Of a stretch of DNA of 64,000 nucleotides, positions 40,401 to 51,848 are shown one piece after another. The position numbers and the translations under genes are program-made. Numbering within the stretch: the first letter of the stretch is position 1; each line of letters starts with the position of its first letter. The stretch spans positions 512,001 to 576,000 of the forward strand of contig JBBFKX010000001.1 in NCBI GenBank assembly GCA_037481815.1. Direction: 5' to 3'. Below the pieces are notes generated by a model, which saw only the letters and a list, made by a program, of their open reading frames with translations, had not been told where the DNA came from and searched no databases. The stretch comes from a candidate division WOR-3 bacterium. GTDB lineage: Bacteria > Hydrothermota > 32-111.

Positions 40401-41535
40401 GTTCAAGAGCCATCTCTTTTGGAAGTCCACATTGATAGATTTTCAATTCAGGGCCAACAACGATAACACTTCTTCCGGAATAGTCGACTCTCTTTCCTAA
40501 AAGATTCTGTCTGAATCTACCATTCTTACCTTTTAATGAATCTGTCAGAGATTTTAACGCTCTGTTTCCTCTACCTTTTATCGGTTTTCCTCTCTTTGTG
40601 TTATCTAAAAGTGCATCAACAGCTTCCTGTAACATCCTTTTTTCATTTTTCAAAATTATATCTGGAGCATTCGTCTGGATAAGATTTTTCAATCTATTGT
40701 TTCTTGAGATCACTCTTCTGTAAAGATCGTTAAGATCACTTGTCGCGAACCTTCCACCATCGAGAGCTACAAGGGGTCTCAGATCTGGTGGAATAACAGG
40801 TAATCTGAAAAGGATCATCCATTCTGGTTTATTTCCGGATTTTCTGAACGCTTCAACGAGTCGCAACCTTTTCAAAATCTTTTTCTTTTTATCTGAACTA
40901 TCACTTCCACTCTCGTTCCTTACCTGCATTCTCAACTCTAAAGAAAGTTCATCAAGATTTAAATCTTTCAAAAGTTCGTAAATCGCTTCAGCACCCATCA
41001 ACGCTTTAAAAGTATCTCCATACTCATCCAGAAGTTGCTGATATTTTTCTTCTGTTATCACATCACCTTTTGCAAGTCCAGTTTTTCCGGGATCTATTAT
41101 AGCATAAGCATTATAGTAAAGGATCTTTTCGAGATCCTGAGTTTTCATATTTAAAAGAATACCTATTCTACATGGAGTTGACTTATAAAACCATACATGC
41201 GCTATTGGAACAGCAAGTTCAATATGTCCCATCCTTTCCCTTCTGACTTTAGATAAGGTTACTTCAACTCCGCATCTTTCACAAACGATACCTCTATATC
41301 TTACATGTTTATATTTACCACAGTTACACTCATAGTCCTTTACAGGTCCAAATATCCTCTCACAGAAAAGCCCATCTCTTTCCGGTTTTTGAGTTCTATA
41401 ATTTATGGTTTCAGCTTTTAAAACTTCACCACTTGAAAGTTGTAGAATTTTTTCAGGTGATAAAAGTTTTAACTGTATATAATCAAAATCTATAGGTCTG
41501 AGGATTTTTTTCTGTTTGATTTTATCTTCAGCCAT
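37441..41535 (-). CDS. rpoC: RNA polymerase beta' subunit
   Basis: [10 protein letters not shown], Zn-finger CERCGVE. Confidence 0.99.
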   Translation of the reverse strand: MAEDKIKQKKILRPIDFDYIQLKLLSPEKILQLSSGEVLKAETINYRTQKPERDGLFCERIFGPVKDYECNCGKYKHVRYRGIVCERCGVEVTLSKVRRERMGHIELAVPIAHVWFYKSTPCRIGILLNMKTQDLEKILYYNAYAIIDPGKTGLAKGDVITEEKYQQLLDEYGDTFKALMGAEAIYELLKDLNLDELSLELRMQVRNESGSDSSDKKKKILKRLRLVEAFRKSGNKPEWMILFRLPVIPPDLRPLVALDGGRFATSDLNDLYRRVISRNNRLKNLIQTNAPDIILKNEKRMLQEAVDALLDNTKRGKPIKGRGNRALKSLTDSLKGKNGRFRQNLLGKRVDYSGRSVIVVGPELKIYQCGLPKEMALELFKPFIIQKLEERKIASGIKNAKKIIDAESKEVWKILEEIIEDHPVLLNRAPTLHRLGIQAFQPVLIEGKAIRLHPLVCTAFNADFDGDQMAVHIPLSYEARIEAQLLMLSANNLLSPAHGGPIVTPTHDMVVGMYYLTAKKDELKKEVGEKILDSFDEAYYLYENKILKIHTPVKFVYKNQILETTVGRIIFNSFLPEKLRFINDTVDKKKLQQLLYNAFWNVSNREMIELLDNIKEKGFYFSTISGLTFGIDDMIVPKEKDEIIERTQREVDRINKEHSKGGTTTEKERYERVKSAWLKATDDIQKIVEKRLKEDKNGFNPIHMIVGSGARGNIEQVRQLIGIRGLMQRPQKKLTGEEVIETPVKSNFKEGLQVVEYFISTHGSRKGLTDTALKTAEAGYLTRKLVDVAQDVIITEEDCGTILGIEVTPIREKGVVKKLSELVEGRFSLEDVYGKDIEKGIIVHENEEITHEKALRLDEEGIEKIKIRSVLTCEAKHGLCQKCYGRNLATGRLVEIGEAVGVMAAQSIGEPGTQLTLKTFHIGGTAGGLAEETSIKAKEEGKVKFVHLKILKNERGEDISAGKDAKIQILDENNKVKYDLSVPPASHILVKDGQMVTKDTELFTRDPYSTVELANYSGIVRFKDIKEEYNVRSEIIGNDEIFVVIGTKDKSLNPRVEIIDKANNNVLRSVSVKVGSYIMVKNGMKVEPGTIILKTPKAKATASDITGGLPRVTELFDARVPKEKAVISEVDGVVEIGETKKGTGEQIVYVITPNGSKKEYRIPRGKHILVYEGEEVKAGDKLCDGSVDPHDLMRIKDIGDVANFLMNQIQEVYRAQGVNIDNKHISVIIRQMIKYVKITDPGETDFIQGEIVEKKDVDLENERVRERGERPALYTRLLMGITKASLNAKSFISAASFQETTRVLTDAAINGSIDYLNGLKENVIIGNLLPAGTGFRKFRKIEEEDIEEISTDNELYQQTSVTEE

Positions 41536-41548
41536 TTTTTTCTCCTTT

Positions 41549-44500
41549 TTATTCTAAAGGTTCTTTTCTCTCGTTACGTTCGTTTTTCAGATCTTCCTCT
41601 TTTCCTAAAATAACATCAAGACACAATCCGTTCATCTCTTTTACAAGGACATTGAACGCTGCAGGTAGTCCTGGTTCTGGTGGATTTTTTCCTTTTACTA
41701 TGGATTCGTATAGATCGGTTCTTCCTTTGACATCATCTGATTTGACTGTCAACATCTCTTGTAGTGTGTATGCGGCTCCATATGCTTCAAGAGCCCACAC
41801 CTCCATTTCACCGAACCTCTGACCTCCAAACTGTGCTTTTCCTCCAAGGGGTTGCTGGCTGATTAACGAATAAGGACCAGTAGCTCTTGCATGTATTTTA
41901 TCTTCAACCATATGAGAAAGTTTCAACATGTACATGTTTCCAACCGTAACGGGCTCATCAAACGGCTCACCTGTTTTTCCATCATACAAAACCATTTTTC
42001 CAGTTGGATTTCCAACCTCACTTAAAAGTTTTTTTATTTCATCGATTGTTGCACCTTCAAAAACGGGTGAGGAATATTTTTCACCTTTTTTGTATCCTAC
42101 ATAACCGAGTAAAGTTTCAAGCACCTGTCCGATATTCATTCTGCTTGACACTCCAAGTGGATTTAAAACTATATCTATCGGTGTTCCATCAGCCATGTAT
42201 GGCATATCTTCAACAGGCACTATTTTGGCTATCACACCCTTGTTACCATGTCTTCCTGCAAGTTTATCCCCAACCTGTATGTTTCTTTTCTGTGCGATAA
42301 ACACTTTGACAACCTTTAAAACACCGTTTGGTAACTCATCCCCATGTAATTGATCTATCGAGTCCTCTCCGATCCTATTTTTTATTTTGTTTATTGCATT
42401 ACTTGCATCCCTAATTATTTTGTTAACTTTTTTATAATCATCAGGTAGAACTTCCTTATCGAATATTATCTTTGAGAAATCAAGTTTTTTGATCATCTCA
42501 GGAGTTATTCTGGTACCTTTTCTAACAACAACTTTACCATAAATATCTTTTAAAGATTCATTCAATTTTTTATCAACGAGAAGTTCTTTTAAGTACTCAT
42601 TTCTTTTCTTTATAATTCTTTTAATCTTTTCTTCAACTTCTTTTATCAGTTGTTTTTCAACCATCTCTTTCTTTTTGCTTTCTCTTGAAAGAACTCTAAC
42701 ATCAACGACAACTCCACTGATTCCTGGTGGAACTTTGAGTGAAGTGTCTCTAACATCACTCGCCTTTTCTCCAAATATCGCTCTTAAAAGTTTTTCTTCG
42801 GGAGTGAGTTCAATTTCTCCTTTTGGAGTAACTTTACCGACAAGGATATCTCCAGGTTGTACTTTTGAACCTATCATTATTATTCCATTGGCATCAAGGT
42901 TTGCAACAGCATCTTCGCTTACACTTGGAAGTTCTCTTGTGAACTCTTCTGGTCCAAGTTTTGTTTCCCTTAAAACGATTTCAAGTTCTTTTATGTGTAT
43001 CGAAGTGAAAGCATCTTCGGTTAACAACCTTTCAGAAACAACAATGGCATCCTCAAAATTGTAACCATACCATGGCAAAAACGCTACAAGAACATTCTGT
43101 CCCAAAGCGAGTTCGCCTTTCTCACATGAATGTCCATCAGCGAGTATATCTCCCGCCTTTACTTTCTGACCAACATTTACAAGTGGTCTTTGAATTATCG
43201 TTGTGTCCTGGTTGGTTCTTTCAAAATTTTTCAACCTGTATATATCATATCCAGCTTCCTCATCGAAAATATTTTCTGTTGTTCTGTTATCAAGTTTAAT
43301 TTTTATATAGTCAGCGGTTACCTCTTCAACAACCCCATCATTTTTTGCTATAACTAAAGCACCGGAATCGATCGCAATCTGTTTTTCAACTCCAGTTCCC
43401 ACTATCGGTGAAGATGGTTTCAACAAAGGAACCGCCTGTCTTTGCATGTTTGATCCCATCAACGCTCTGTTCGCATCATCATGCTCTAAAAATGGTATGA
43501 GCGATGTTGAAGGACTTACTATCTGTTTTGGAGAAACATCTATATAGTCAACCTCTTCAGCCGGTACAAGAGGATACTCACCTTTTTTTCTACAAAGAAC
43601 CATTTTGTTTTTAAATGTCCCGTCTTCATTCAAAGGTGAGTTCGCCTGTGCTATAAAATATTTATCTTCTTGATCAGCTGTTAAATATTCAACGGTGTTC
43701 GTTACTTTACCTTTTACAACCTTTCTATAAGGTGTCTCAATAAATCCATACTCATTGATTCTTGCATAAGTTGAAAGTGAAGTGATAAGTCCTATGTTCT
43801 GCCCTTCAGGTGTTTCGATAGGACAGATTCTACCATAATGTGAATGGTGGACATCACGAACCTCAAATCCAGCAGTTTCTCTTGTTAAACCACCTGGACC
43901 TAACGCTGAGATCCTTCTTTTATGTGTCAGTTCAGCAAGTGGGTTTGTTTGTTCCAAGAATTGTGATAACTGACTTGTTGAGAAGAATGAAAGAATCGTT
44001 GAAGATACAAGTCTTGCATTTATAAGTTCTTTTGGTGTAACCTGTTCCTTCATCATCATTCTTTCCCTGATATTTTTAGCCATCTTTGCAAATGCCTGTT
44101 CGAATTGGTTTTCGAGTAGTTCCCCAACCCTTCTTATCCTTCTACTTCCAAGATGATCTATATCATCAAATTCAAACTGGTTTTTCTGATCAACAGCATA
44201 AAGTAATTTTTTGATCGAATGTATCAGATCCTCTTTTGTAAGAGCAAAATTGTTGGGATCAATTTTATGTTCCAATTTTTCATTCAATTTCAATCTTCCA
44301 ACTTTTCCTAGTTCATACCTTTCAACAGTAAAAAATGCTGCTTCAAAAAATTTCTGTGCGATTTCCGTTGTCGCTGGATTTGTACCTTTTAGATAAAAGA
44401 AGATTTTTTCAAGGGCATCTTCCATTCCCGTTGTTGGATCCTTTTTAAGAGTATTCAAAACAACGTTTAACGCTGTTTCATTTTCAGTTTTTACAACTTT

Positions 44501-45346
44501 TATTTTGGAAATTTCTCTATCAAGTAACGAATTCAGAACTGCTGGAGTGATAACGGTTCCAGCTTCAAAAAGAACTTCACCCGTTTTCTTATCGATTATA
44601 TTTGAAAACAAAATTTTCGAATTGAATTCCTGCCCAAAATTTTTTACATCTTTTTCTGTAAAAGACAATTCTTCTTTTGAAAATAATAGACCAAAAATCT
44701 TTTCAACACTATCATAACCAAACGCTTTTAAAAGAATCGTCGCAGGAAACTTTTTCTTTCGATCAAGGTTTGCATACATTATCTCATTTGTATCAACATT
44801 GAATTCAAGCCAGGACCCTTTGTTTGGTAATATCTGCGCTGTATAATAATATTTCCCACCCTCCATCTCATCCATGGTAAAAAATATTCCAGGTGATCTA
44901 TGAATCTGACTCACAACGACCCTTTCAATACCGTTTATCAAAAAAGTGCCGTTTTCTCCCATCAATGGAATACTACACAAAAATACATCCTGTTCGATAA
45001 CATCCTTAATGGTTCCGGTTGGTTCACCGGTTTTTTCGTTGAAGTTTTTATATATCATTTTCAATGTAACTTTCAAAGGTGCAGCATATGTTAACCCTTT
45101 ATATTTGCATTCTTCAAAAGAATATATCGGTTCTTCGAGTTCATATTTTACAAAATCCAAACTGAACCTTGAATTCGTATCATCTATTGGGAACGCATCT
45201 TTAAGGACCTTTTGTAATCCCTGATACTTTCTCTTATCAGCAGGAACATCTGCCTGTAAAAATTGTTCAAAAGATTCCTTTTGTATCGTCAACAGATATG
45301 GTAATTTCACATTTGAATTAAACTTTGCAAAAGATATTCTTTTCAT
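41549..45346 (-). CDS. rpoB: RNA polymerase beta subunit
   Basis: [21 protein letters not shown], RifR cluster [18 protein letters not shown]. Confidence 0.99.
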   Translation of the reverse strand: MKRISFAKFNSNVKLPYLLTIQKESFEQFLQADVPADKRKYQGLQKVLKDAFPIDDTNSRFSLDFVKYELEEPIYSFEECKYKGLTYAAPLKVTLKMIYKNFNEKTGEPTGTIKDVIEQDVFLCSIPLMGENGTFLINGIERVVVSQIHRSPGIFFTMDEMEGGKYYYTAQILPNKGSWLEFNVDTNEIMYANLDRKKKFPATILLKAFGYDSVEKIFGLLFSKEELSFTEKDVKNFGQEFNSKILFSNIIDKKTGEVLFEAGTVITPAVLNSLLDREISKIKVVKTENETALNVVLNTLKKDPTTGMEDALEKIFFYLKGTNPATTEIAQKFFEAAFFTVERYELGKVGRLKLNEKLEHKIDPNNFALTKEDLIHSIKKLLYAVDQKNQFEFDDIDHLGSRRIRRVGELLENQFEQAFAKMAKNIRERMMMKEQVTPKELINARLVSSTILSFFSTSQLSQFLEQTNPLAELTHKRRISALGPGGLTRETAGFEVRDVHHSHYGRICPIETPEGQNIGLITSLSTYARINEYGFIETPYRKVVKGKVTNTVEYLTADQEDKYFIAQANSPLNEDGTFKNKMVLCRKKGEYPLVPAEEVDYIDVSPKQIVSPSTSLIPFLEHDDANRALMGSNMQRQAVPLLKPSSPIVGTGVEKQIAIDSGALVIAKNDGVVEEVTADYIKIKLDNRTTENIFDEEAGYDIYRLKNFERTNQDTTIIQRPLVNVGQKVKAGDILADGHSCEKGELALGQNVLVAFLPWYGYNFEDAIVVSERLLTEDAFTSIHIKELEIVLRETKLGPEEFTRELPSVSEDAVANLDANGIIMIGSKVQPGDILVGKVTPKGEIELTPEEKLLRAIFGEKASDVRDTSLKVPPGISGVVVDVRVLSRESKKKEMVEKQLIKEVEEKIKRIIKKRNEYLKELLVDKKLNESLKDIYGKVVVRKGTRITPEMIKKLDFSKIIFDKEVLPDDYKKVNKIIRDASNAINKIKNRIGEDSIDQLHGDELPNGVLKVVKVFIAQKRNIQVGDKLAGRHGNKGVIAKIVPVEDMPYMADGTPIDIVLNPLGVSSRMNIGQVLETLLGYVGYKKGEKYSSPVFEGATIDEIKKLLSEVGNPTGKMVLYDGKTGEPFDEPVTVGNMYMLKLSHMVEDKIHARATGPYSLISQQPLGGKAQFGGQRFGEMEVWALEAYGAAYTLQEMLTVKSDDVKGRTDLYESIVKGKNPPEPGLPAAFNVLVKEMNGLCLDVILGKEEDLKNERNERKEPLE

Positions 45347-45351
45347 TTAAC

Positions 45352-45398
45352 CACAACTCCTTTTTTGTTGTGAAGGAGGGGTTAAAAACCCCCTCCTT
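45352..45398 (-). promoter_or_regulatory. Two hairpins in the rplL-rpoB spacer (possible attenuator)
   Basis: AAGGAGGGGG-TTTTTAA-CCCCTCCTT hairpin, then CACAAC-AAAAAAGGA-GTTGTG enclosing the rpoB SD. Confidence 0.5.
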
Positions 45399-45407
45399 TA
45401 AAAAGTT

Positions 45408-45788
45408 TTACTTCAACTCTACAACTGCTCCTGCCTGTTCAAGTTGTTCTTTTATCTTTTCAGCTTCCTCCATTGGAACATTTTTCTTTATCTCTTTTGG
45501 TGCAGCATCAACTATTTCTTTTGCCTCTTTGAGTTCTATGTTGAGAATCGCTTTAACAACCTTTATCACCTGGAGTTTCGATTGTCCTGCTGAATGTAAA
45601 ACTACTGTTGCTGTTGTTTTTTCAGCTTCTGCTGCCTGCTGTCCACCACCCTGTGCTACCTGAGCAACTGCAACTGGAGCTGCTGCTGTAACCCCAAATT
45701 TTTCCTTTAATGCTTCAACTAGTTCTGCAAGTTCAAGAACCGTCATCTTCTCGATCATCTCTATGATTTTTTCTTTATTTTCAGACAT
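45408..45788 (-). CDS. rplL: 50S ribosomal protein L7/L12
   Basis: [29 protein letters not shown]. Confidence 0.97.
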   Translation of the reverse strand: MSENKEKIIEMIEKMTVLELAELVEALKEKFGVTAAAPVAVAQVAQGGGQQAAEAEKTTATVVLHSAGQSKLQVIKVVKAILNIELKEAKEIVDAAPKEIKKNVPMEEAEKIKEQLEQAGAVVELK

Positions 45789-45797
45789 TTTTCCTCC

Positions 45798-46337
45798 TTA
45801 CTGATTATTCTCTTTTTTTTGTTTGATAGCTTCAACCGTATAAACGAACTCACTGATGATGCCGTTTAGAGTCCAGACAAAATTGTAGATGGGTGCCTGG
45901 ATTGAACCGACAAGATTGGAAAGCAATTCCTCTTTTGATGGAATCTCCGCAAGTTTGTCAACCGCTTTTTGATCGAAAAATTTCCCATCAACAATTGCCA
46001 TCTTCGCTTTCGGATTTTTATATTTTTTGAAAAACTCTTTTATCGTCTTAGCAGGTGTGACTGGATCTCCATATGAGAAAGCAACAGATGTGTTTCCTTT
46101 TAGAGCAATATCGATGTTTTCCTGTGGGAAGACCTCTTTGAAAGCAAAATAGAGTGTACTGTTTTTTATCACTTTGTACTCTATTTTGTCTTTATCAAAA
46201 GTTCTTCTCAACTCGTTTACCTGTTCAACAGTCATACCTTTAAAATCCGAAAGATAGACCCCTTTTGCATCTTTCAGTTTTTGAGCAATCGTTTTTACGG
46301 TTTCCTTTTTGAGTTCTAATTTTTTAGGATTGCCCAT
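45798..46337 (-). CDS. rplJ: 50S ribosomal protein L10
   Basis: DFKGMTV, KVIKN, LAEIPSKEEL; operon position. Confidence 0.95.
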   Translation of the reverse strand: MGNPKKLELKKETVKTIAQKLKDAKGVYLSDFKGMTVEQVNELRRTFDKDKIEYKVIKNSTLYFAFKEVFPQENIDIALKGNTSVAFSYGDPVTPAKTIKEFFKKYKNPKAKMAIVDGKFFDQKAVDKLAEIPSKEELLSNLVGSIQAPIYNFVWTLNGIISEFVYTVEAIKQKKENNQ

Positions 46338-46346
46338 TTTTACTCC

Positions 46347-47048
46347 TTACTTGATTGAATTTATTTCCCCTGTATCGAGAGGAACTCCTACACCCATGGT
46401 TGTCGACAATGTGACACTTTTGAAATAAGTGCCTTTGGCTGACTGAGGTTTTGCGCGTTTTATCTCAGTCAGGAGATGGATTATATTTTCTTTTAACTGT
46501 TCCTTACTGAAAGAAATTTTTCCAACGATCGTATGAAGGTTTGCATTTTTATCGATCTTATATTGAACTCTTCCCTTTTTTGCCTCAGTAACAACCTTTG
46601 AGATATCGTTTGTTACAGTTCCAACCTTTGGATTTGGCATTAAACCTTTTACTCCAAGGATCTTTCCAAGTTTTCCGATCTTTTTCATAAGATCTGGTGT
46701 TGAAATAACAAGATCAAAATCCATAAATCCGTTGGAAATTTTTTCGATGAGATCATCTTCTCCAACATAATCAGCTCCTGCTTCAACCGCTTCTTTTGCT
46801 TTATCTCCGTTAGCAAAAACAAGTACTTTAACTTTTTTGCCTGTTCCATGAGGAAGAGTTGTAGCACCTCTAACCATCTGATCCGATTTCTTTGGATCAA
46901 CCCCAAGAAGTATGGCAAGTTCAACAGTTTCATCAAATTTTGCTTTTTTACTGCTTTTCAAGATATCTATAGCTTCATCTATAGAATACCTTTTCGTTTT
47001 ATCAACAAGTTTTTTGTTTTCAATGACTCTCTTTCCTCTTTTCATCAT
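46347..47048 (-). CDS. rplA: 50S ribosomal protein L1
   Basis: [26 protein letters not shown]. Confidence 0.98.
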   Translation of the reverse strand: MMKRGKRVIENKKLVDKTKRYSIDEAIDILKSSKKAKFDETVELAILLGVDPKKSDQMVRGATTLPHGTGKKVKVLVFANGDKAKEAVEAGADYVGEDDLIEKISNGFMDFDLVISTPDLMKKIGKLGKILGVKGLMPNPKVGTVTNDISKVVTEAKKGRVQYKIDKNANLHTIVGKISFSKEQLKENIIHLLTEIKRAKPQSAKGTYFKSVTLSTTMGVGVPLDTGEINSIK

Positions 47049-47470
47049 TCCTCCACTGTGATGCCCATACTACGAGCTGTTCCTTTGATCATTTTTATTG
47101 CACCTTCAAGATCTTTCGCATTAAGATCTGGCATTTTCAACTCAGCAATTTTTTTCACATCCTCAAGTTTAACCTTTCCAACCTTCTGTTTGTTTGGAAC
47201 ACCTGAACCTTTTTCAAGTCCAGCCGCTTTCAAAAGAAGAACAGAAGCTGGAGGGGTCTTAGTGATAAATGTGAAAGATTTATCCTGATAAACAGTTACA
47301 ACAACTGGAATTATCAAACCTTTCTGCTTTTCTGTTTTTGCATTGAAATTTTTACAGAACTGCATCAGGTTTATTCCATGTTGTCCAAGTATAGGTCCAA
47401 CCGGTGGTGCTGGAGTTGCGGCTCCTCCGGGAACCTGTAATTTTACGATAGCAACTACTTTTTTTGCCAT
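47045..47470 (-). CDS. rplK: 50S ribosomal protein L11
   Basis: [22 protein letters not shown]. Confidence 0.98.
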   Translation of the reverse strand: MAKKVVAIVKLQVPGGAATPAPPVGPILGQHGINLMQFCKNFNAKTEKQKGLIIPVVVTVYQDKSFTFITKTPPASVLLLKAAGLEKGSGVPNKQKVGKVKLEDVKKIAELKMPDLNAKDLEGAIKMIKGTARSMGITVEE

Positions 47471-47487
47471 TTATCTCCCCCTTGCTT

Positions 47488-48021
47488 TTATTTGCCTATC
47501 AATTCGGCCTGTGTGAATGATAGTTCAACAGGTGTTGATCTACCAAAAATTGTTACTGTTACCTTCATCTTTTCTTTATCCTTATCTATTTCTTCAACTA
47601 CACCATTAAAATCCCTAAAAGGACCCGAAATTATCTTCACATTATCACCTATTCTGAAAGGAATTTCGAGAACCTCTCTAACATTATCCTTGTTGTTCAA
47701 AAGTTCATCTATTTTTTTTGCATCCTCTGTTTTCAACTTTACAGGTTTCTTTCTTCCTGATATGAATGTTGTCTGTGCACATATCTGTGTTAAAAACTGG
47801 ATCATCTCTTTTGAATCCTCCATATGGATAAAAACATATCCAGGGAACAGATTTTTTTCAAGAACCACTTTTTTACTTTTTCTGATCCTGACAACATTTT
47901 CAACAGGTATGAAAATCTGATCAACTTTATCCTGAAGATCTTTTATTTTCAACTCTTCTTCAATCAACTTTTTCGCTCTTTTTTCATACCCAGTATAAAC
48001 TTGCAACATAAACCAATCCAT
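47488..48021 (-). CDS. nusG: Transcription factor NusG
   Basis: LFPGYVF, KOW motif GPFRDF, IFGRSTPVEL. Confidence 0.97.
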   Translation of the reverse strand: MDWFMLQVYTGYEKRAKKLIEEELKIKDLQDKVDQIFIPVENVVRIRKSKKVVLEKNLFPGYVFIHMEDSKEMIQFLTQICAQTTFISGRKKPVKLKTEDAKKIDELLNNKDNVREVLEIPFRIGDNVKIISGPFRDFNGVVEEIDKDKEKMKVTVTIFGRSTPVELSFTQAELIGK

Positions 48022-48023
48022 AA

Positions 48024-48215
48024 TTACCTCGTAAATAGACTAAAAATTTTCGAAATAAGAAGATCAAATCCTCCTACAACAAAACCTAAAACGATTGAAA
48101 CAACTATAACAACAAGTGTTGATCCCCAGAGAGATTTTGAATCAGGTAAAACAACCTTTTTCAACTCGATTTTAACTTCTCTGAGATACTCAATAAAATT
48201 TTTCCACCATTTCAT
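48024..48215 (-). CDS. secE: Preprotein translocase SecE
   Basis: EVKIELKKVVLP plus a single TM; lies between tRNA-Trp and nusG. Confidence 0.93.
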   Translation of the reverse strand: MKWWKNFIEYLREVKIELKKVVLPDSKSLWGSTLVVIVVSIVLGFVVGGFDLLISKIFSLFTR

Positions 48216-48231
48216 AAATTCTCCTTTTATT

Positions 48232-48305
48232 CAGGGCAGGAGGGACTCGAACCCCCAACATTCGGTTTTGGAGACCGACGCTCTACCAATTGGAGCTACT
48301 GCCCT
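48232..48305 (-). tRNA. tRNA-Trp(CCA)
   Basis: Cloverleaf with anticodon loop CT-CCA-AA and T-loop TTCGAGT. Confidence 0.95.
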
Positions 48306-48311
48306 AAACAT

Positions 48312-48461
48312 TTATTTTGCCTCTTTATGAAGCGTATGTTTTCTACAAAATTTACAATACTTTTTTAGTTCAAGTTTATCTGTCTGTTTTTTCTTATTCT
48401 TTGTTGTCATATAGTTTTTTCTTTTACATTCTGAACAAACCATTGTTATTATCTCTCTCAT
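48312..48461 (-). CDS. rpmG: 50S ribosomal protein L33 (Zn-ribbon type; not in ORF track)
   Basis: Hand translation [49 protein letters not shown]. Confidence 0.97.
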   Translation of the reverse strand: MREIITMVCSECKRKNYMTTKNKKKQTDKLELKKYCKFCRKHTLHKEAK

Positions 48462-48471
48462 CTTTTCCTCT

Positions 48472-49671
48472 TTATTCTAATATTTCAGTTACAACACCGG
48501 CACCAACAGTTCTTCCACCCTCTCTTATAGCAAACCTTAACTCCTTCTCCATCGCTATCGGTGTTATCAATTCAACTATAAACTCTGTGTTCTCCCCTGG
48601 CTTCACAAACTCCTGTCCAGGTGCCAACTCTATCGACCCTGTAACATCTGTAGTCCTGAAGAAAAATTGCGGCCTGTATCCACTCTTGAACGATGTACTC
48701 CTTCCACCTTCCTCTTTCGTCAACACATACACCTGACATTTAAACTTCTTGTGTGGTGTAACCGTCCCTGGCTTCGCCAACACCATACCCCTCTCTACTT
48801 CATCCTTATCTATACCCCTCAACAAAACTCCCACATTGTCCCCCGCCTCAGCATAATCCAGTATCTTCTTAAACATCTCCAACGATGTAGCCACCGTCTT
48901 CTTGTGTGCACCCAATCCTATTATCTCCACTTCATCTCCTGCCTTTATCTGCCCTCTCTCCACTCTTCCAGTAGCCACAGTACCCCTTCCAGTTATACTG
49001 AATACATCCTCTATACTCATCAAAAATGGCTTATCCTTCTCTCTCACTGGATCTGGAAAATAATTGTCCACCGCATCCATTAATTCCAATATACATTTAT
49101 ACTCAGGTGCATTTATGTCCTGACTAGTACTCTCCAACGCCTTCAACGCACTTCCCCTGATCACAGGTATCTCATCACCCGGAAACTTGTTCGCCTTCAA
49201 TGTGTCCCTTATGTCCATCTCCACTACATCCAATATCTCCGGATCATCCACCATATCAACCTTGTTCATAAACACTACTATACTCGGAACATTAACCTGC
49301 CTCGCCAACAATATATGCTCCCTCGTCTGGGGCATCGTTCCATCATTCGCACTCACCACCAATATAGCCCCATCCATCTGTGCAGCCCCCGTTATCATGT
49401 TCTTTATATAGTCAGCATGCCCAGGACAATCAACATGCGCATAATGCCTCTTATCCGTCTGGTACTCTATGTGTGCAACATTTATCGTTATACCCCTAGC
49501 CTTCTCCTCCGGTGCCTTATCTATCTGATCGTACGCTGTAAACTCAGCATACTTCTTCAAAGATAACACCTTCGTGATCGCAGCTGTCAACGTCGTCTTA
49601 CCATGATCCACATGCCCGATCGTCCCTATGTTCATATGAATCTTCGTCCTTTCAAATTTCTCCTTCGCCAT
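48472..49671 (-). CDS. tuf: Elongation factor Tu
   Basis: [26 protein letters not shown]. Confidence 0.99.
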   Translation of the reverse strand: MAKEKFERTKIHMNIGTIGHVDHGKTTLTAAITKVLSLKKYAEFTAYDQIDKAPEEKARGITINVAHIEYQTDKRHYAHVDCPGHADYIKNMITGAAQMDGAILVVSANDGTMPQTREHILLARQVNVPSIVVFMNKVDMVDDPEILDVVEMDIRDTLKANKFPGDEIPVIRGSALKALESTSQDINAPEYKCILELMDAVDNYFPDPVREKDKPFLMSIEDVFSITGRGTVATGRVERGQIKAGDEVEIIGLGAHKKTVATSLEMFKKILDYAEAGDNVGVLLRGIDKDEVERGMVLAKPGTVTPHKKFKCQVYVLTKEEGGRSTSFKSGYRPQFFFRTTDVTGSIELAPGQEFVKPGENTEFIVELITPIAMEKELRFAIREGGRTVGAGVVTEILE

Positions 49672-49688
49672 TTAATCCTCCTTTTTTA

Positions 49689-49761
49689 AGCCCATGACCA
49701 GGATTGAACTGGTGACCTCATCCTTACCAAGGATGTGCTCTACCAACTGAGCTACATGGGC
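49689..49761 (-). tRNA. tRNA-Thr(GGT)
   Basis: Anticodon arm CATCC-TTGGTAA-GGATG. Confidence 0.95.
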
Positions 49762-49835
49762 ATGTTTTTAGTTTTTTTATCTATATAAAAAAAAACATTC
49801 CTCAAACAGTTCAACCCTTTTGAGGTTTTTAAAAG

Positions 49836-49908
49836 AGCGGGAGACGGGATTCGAACCCGCGACATTCTGCTTGGAAGGCAGAAGCTCTACCAACTGAGCT
49901 ACTCCCGC
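49836..49908 (-). tRNA. tRNA-Gly(TCC)
   Basis: Anticodon arm TCTGC-CTTCCAA-GCAGA. Confidence 0.95.
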
Positions 49909-49918
49909 GATTTTAGTG

Positions 49919-50001
49919 TGGAGAGAGTAGGATTCGAACCTACGAAGACATCAGCCAGCAGATTTACAGTCTGCCCCCTTTGACCGCTCGGGAATCTCTC
50001 C
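49919..50001 (-). tRNA. tRNA-Tyr(GTA)
   Basis: Anticodon arm GCAGA-CTGTAAA-TCTGC and a long variable arm. Confidence 0.95.
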
Positions 50002-50005
50002 ACAT

Positions 50006-50077
50006 AGCTGGTGGAGGGATTTGAACCCCCGACCAGTGGTTTACAAAACCACTGCTCTACCCCTGAGCTACACCAGC
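50006..50077 (-). tRNA. tRNA-Thr(TGT)
   Basis: Anticodon arm GTGGT-TTTGTAA-ACCAC. Confidence 0.95.
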
Positions 50078-50096
50078 AAGCTGTCTTGAATTTTTT

Positions 50097-50124
50097 AGTA
50101 TATATTTTTTTTTAAATTTGTCAA
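50097..50124 (-). promoter_or_regulatory. sigma70 promoter of the tRNA-tuf operon
   Basis: TTGACA-N16-TATACT; the -35 box overlaps the upstream gene's TGA stop. Confidence 0.7.
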
Positions 50125-51836
50125 GTATTTATATCATTCTGTTTTATGTATGAGATAAGAGTAAGAGGTTGTGTTTTTTCTTTTAGGTTACCACTCTGGT
50201 AAAGTTTTACACAATCCTCTTTTAAATCACCTTTTAAGATATCTATATTATCGTAAAAATATTTATCAAGAGTTTCCATAAGTATGGGGTTTTTCTTCAT
50301 CCATTTATCCCAAGGATTTTTAGAAGGTCTGTAACCTAAAAGCATCGTCGCTAACTTTTTCTTAGATTTTCTTAAAAAGATCTCAAAACTTGAACCGCTT
50401 ACTTTAGCACCAGCTATATGTTCCCAAGGATAATTTATATTTGGTATCTTTTTCAAAACCCATTTTCTGTATATATAAGCGTTATATTTCAGTGTTGGAT
50501 CTATCTTCATTATGTACTCAAGAGTTGGAGCATACAAAGAAGGTGAAGAAAATTCTGTGAAATGTTCTATATTTCTGAAAGCGTTATACATTCCATTCAC
50601 ACATTTTTCATAGAAAGCGAGTTCTTCCATCGTTTCATATTTTTTAGAAAGTTCTTCCAGTATATGTTCAACTTTCTTGATCAATTTTGAAGAGTAAAAA
50701 ATTCTTTCTATTTTGTCTTTCGATGGTTTTTCATGATAATCATATTTCAAAGAAGTGTAGAGCACTTCATTTCCTGCAACACCTGTGTGAAGTAGACCAT
50801 AATTGGTGAAATTCAACAATGAAAACATTTCATACATGTAAGATGAACCAGAATAGAATATTAGACCATCGTTTGCTTTAACAGGATTTTCAATATCCAT
50901 AAGGTATTTACCATTGTTTAAAGAATAAAACATATAATAATCTAAAAAATCTGAGGCAATTTTTTTAGATATCTTCTCATCAAGATAATCGTTCTCTGAA
51001 AAGCATAAACATAAAACATCTTTATAACCTAAACGATGTGCTGTTAAAAGATTTGTTCTTGAATCAAGCCCACCAGAAAGTGTTGCAACATGCTTGTATC
51101 CATAATCAATATCTTTGTTATATTCTGCCTTTACGGATTCTATAAAGAGATTATCAAGTTCTTCAATGATAACCTTTTCATCTTTTTTCCCAATAGGGTA
51201 AGAAGATATTTTGAAGAAAATGTCTTCTTCAATCATCTCTCCATCAAATTTAAAAATGGTTGCTGGTTTAAGTTTATTTACATTTTTAACAAGGGTTCTC
51301 TCTCCAATCATGTAACCAACAGTTATCAAACAGTATGCTCCATCTTGATCAAGTTCAACCTCATACCCGTTGGATTTCATAACCTCAATCACATATCTTA
51401 AACTGTTTCCAAAAATCAAAAATTTTTCTTTATCATCATAAAAATAGAAAAGTGTTTTTGTTCCATTTTGACATGTAAAAAGATATATTTTGTTTTCCCT
51501 TTTATCATAGATAAAACCTGTATAATTACCGTACACCTTTGACAGAAAAGAATTTTTCGATTCATAAAAAAGTTTTTTCAACAAAGAAAAATTATCATTT
51601 ACAGAATTCTCTTTTCTCAGTTCATTATGATTAAAAAATAAACCCTCAAAACATATAAAAATATCCTCATCTTCAAAAAAAACTTTATCATCTAAAAATT
51701 TGTTCAAACTGTTCTGAAAAATAAATCCTTTTTGAAATTCTTTTCTTCTTTTAACAATGTTAGTTGAAATCAACTCTTCCAATTCAACCTTTTTAAAATT
51801 TTTACCGAATGACCACACTCCCCAAAATCCAGGCAT
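50121..51836 (-). CDS. Asparagine synthase-like amidotransferase (glycan amidation)
   Basis: LSGGLDSR PP-loop and Ntn-like N-terminal domain; directly follows rfbA. Confidence 0.75.
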   Translation of the reverse strand: MPGFWGVWSFGKNFKKVELEELISTNIVKRRKEFQKGFIFQNSLNKFLDDKVFFEDEDIFICFEGLFFNHNELRKENSVNDNFSLLKKLFYESKNSFLSKVYGNYTGFIYDKRENKIYLFTCQNGTKTLFYFYDDKEKFLIFGNSLRYVIEVMKSNGYEVELDQDGAYCLITVGYMIGERTLVKNVNKLKPATIFKFDGEMIEEDIFFKISSYPIGKKDEKVIIEELDNLFIESVKAEYNKDIDYGYKHVATLSGGLDSRTNLLTAHRLGYKDVLCLCFSENDYLDEKISKKIASDFLDYYMFYSLNNGKYLMDIENPVKANDGLIFYSGSSYMYEMFSLLNFTNYGLLHTGVAGNEVLYTSLKYDYHEKPSKDKIERIFYSSKLIKKVEHILEELSKKYETMEELAFYEKCVNGMYNAFRNIEHFTEFSSPSLYAPTLEYIMKIDPTLKYNAYIYRKWVLKKIPNINYPWEHIAGAKVSGSSFEIFLRKSKKKLATMLLGYRPSKNPWDKWMKKNPILMETLDKYFYDNIDILKGDLKEDCVKLYQSGNLKEKTQPLTLISYIKQNDINT

Positions 51837-51848
51837 TTTGCCTCCTTT

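Noticed and set aside
37441..45346. Possible inteins or large insertions in rpoB/rpoC
   Set aside because: Lengths are ordinary and I saw no intein splice or homing endonuclease motifs
49762..49835. Spacer between tRNA-Gly and tRNA-Thr with a CCTCAAA/TTTGAGG inverted repeat
   Set aside because: The 7-bp stem is weak and there is no cloverleaf or recognisable ncRNA
48232..50121. Integrative element at the tRNA cluster
   Set aside because: No integrase and no duplicated tRNA 3' end (att site) seen
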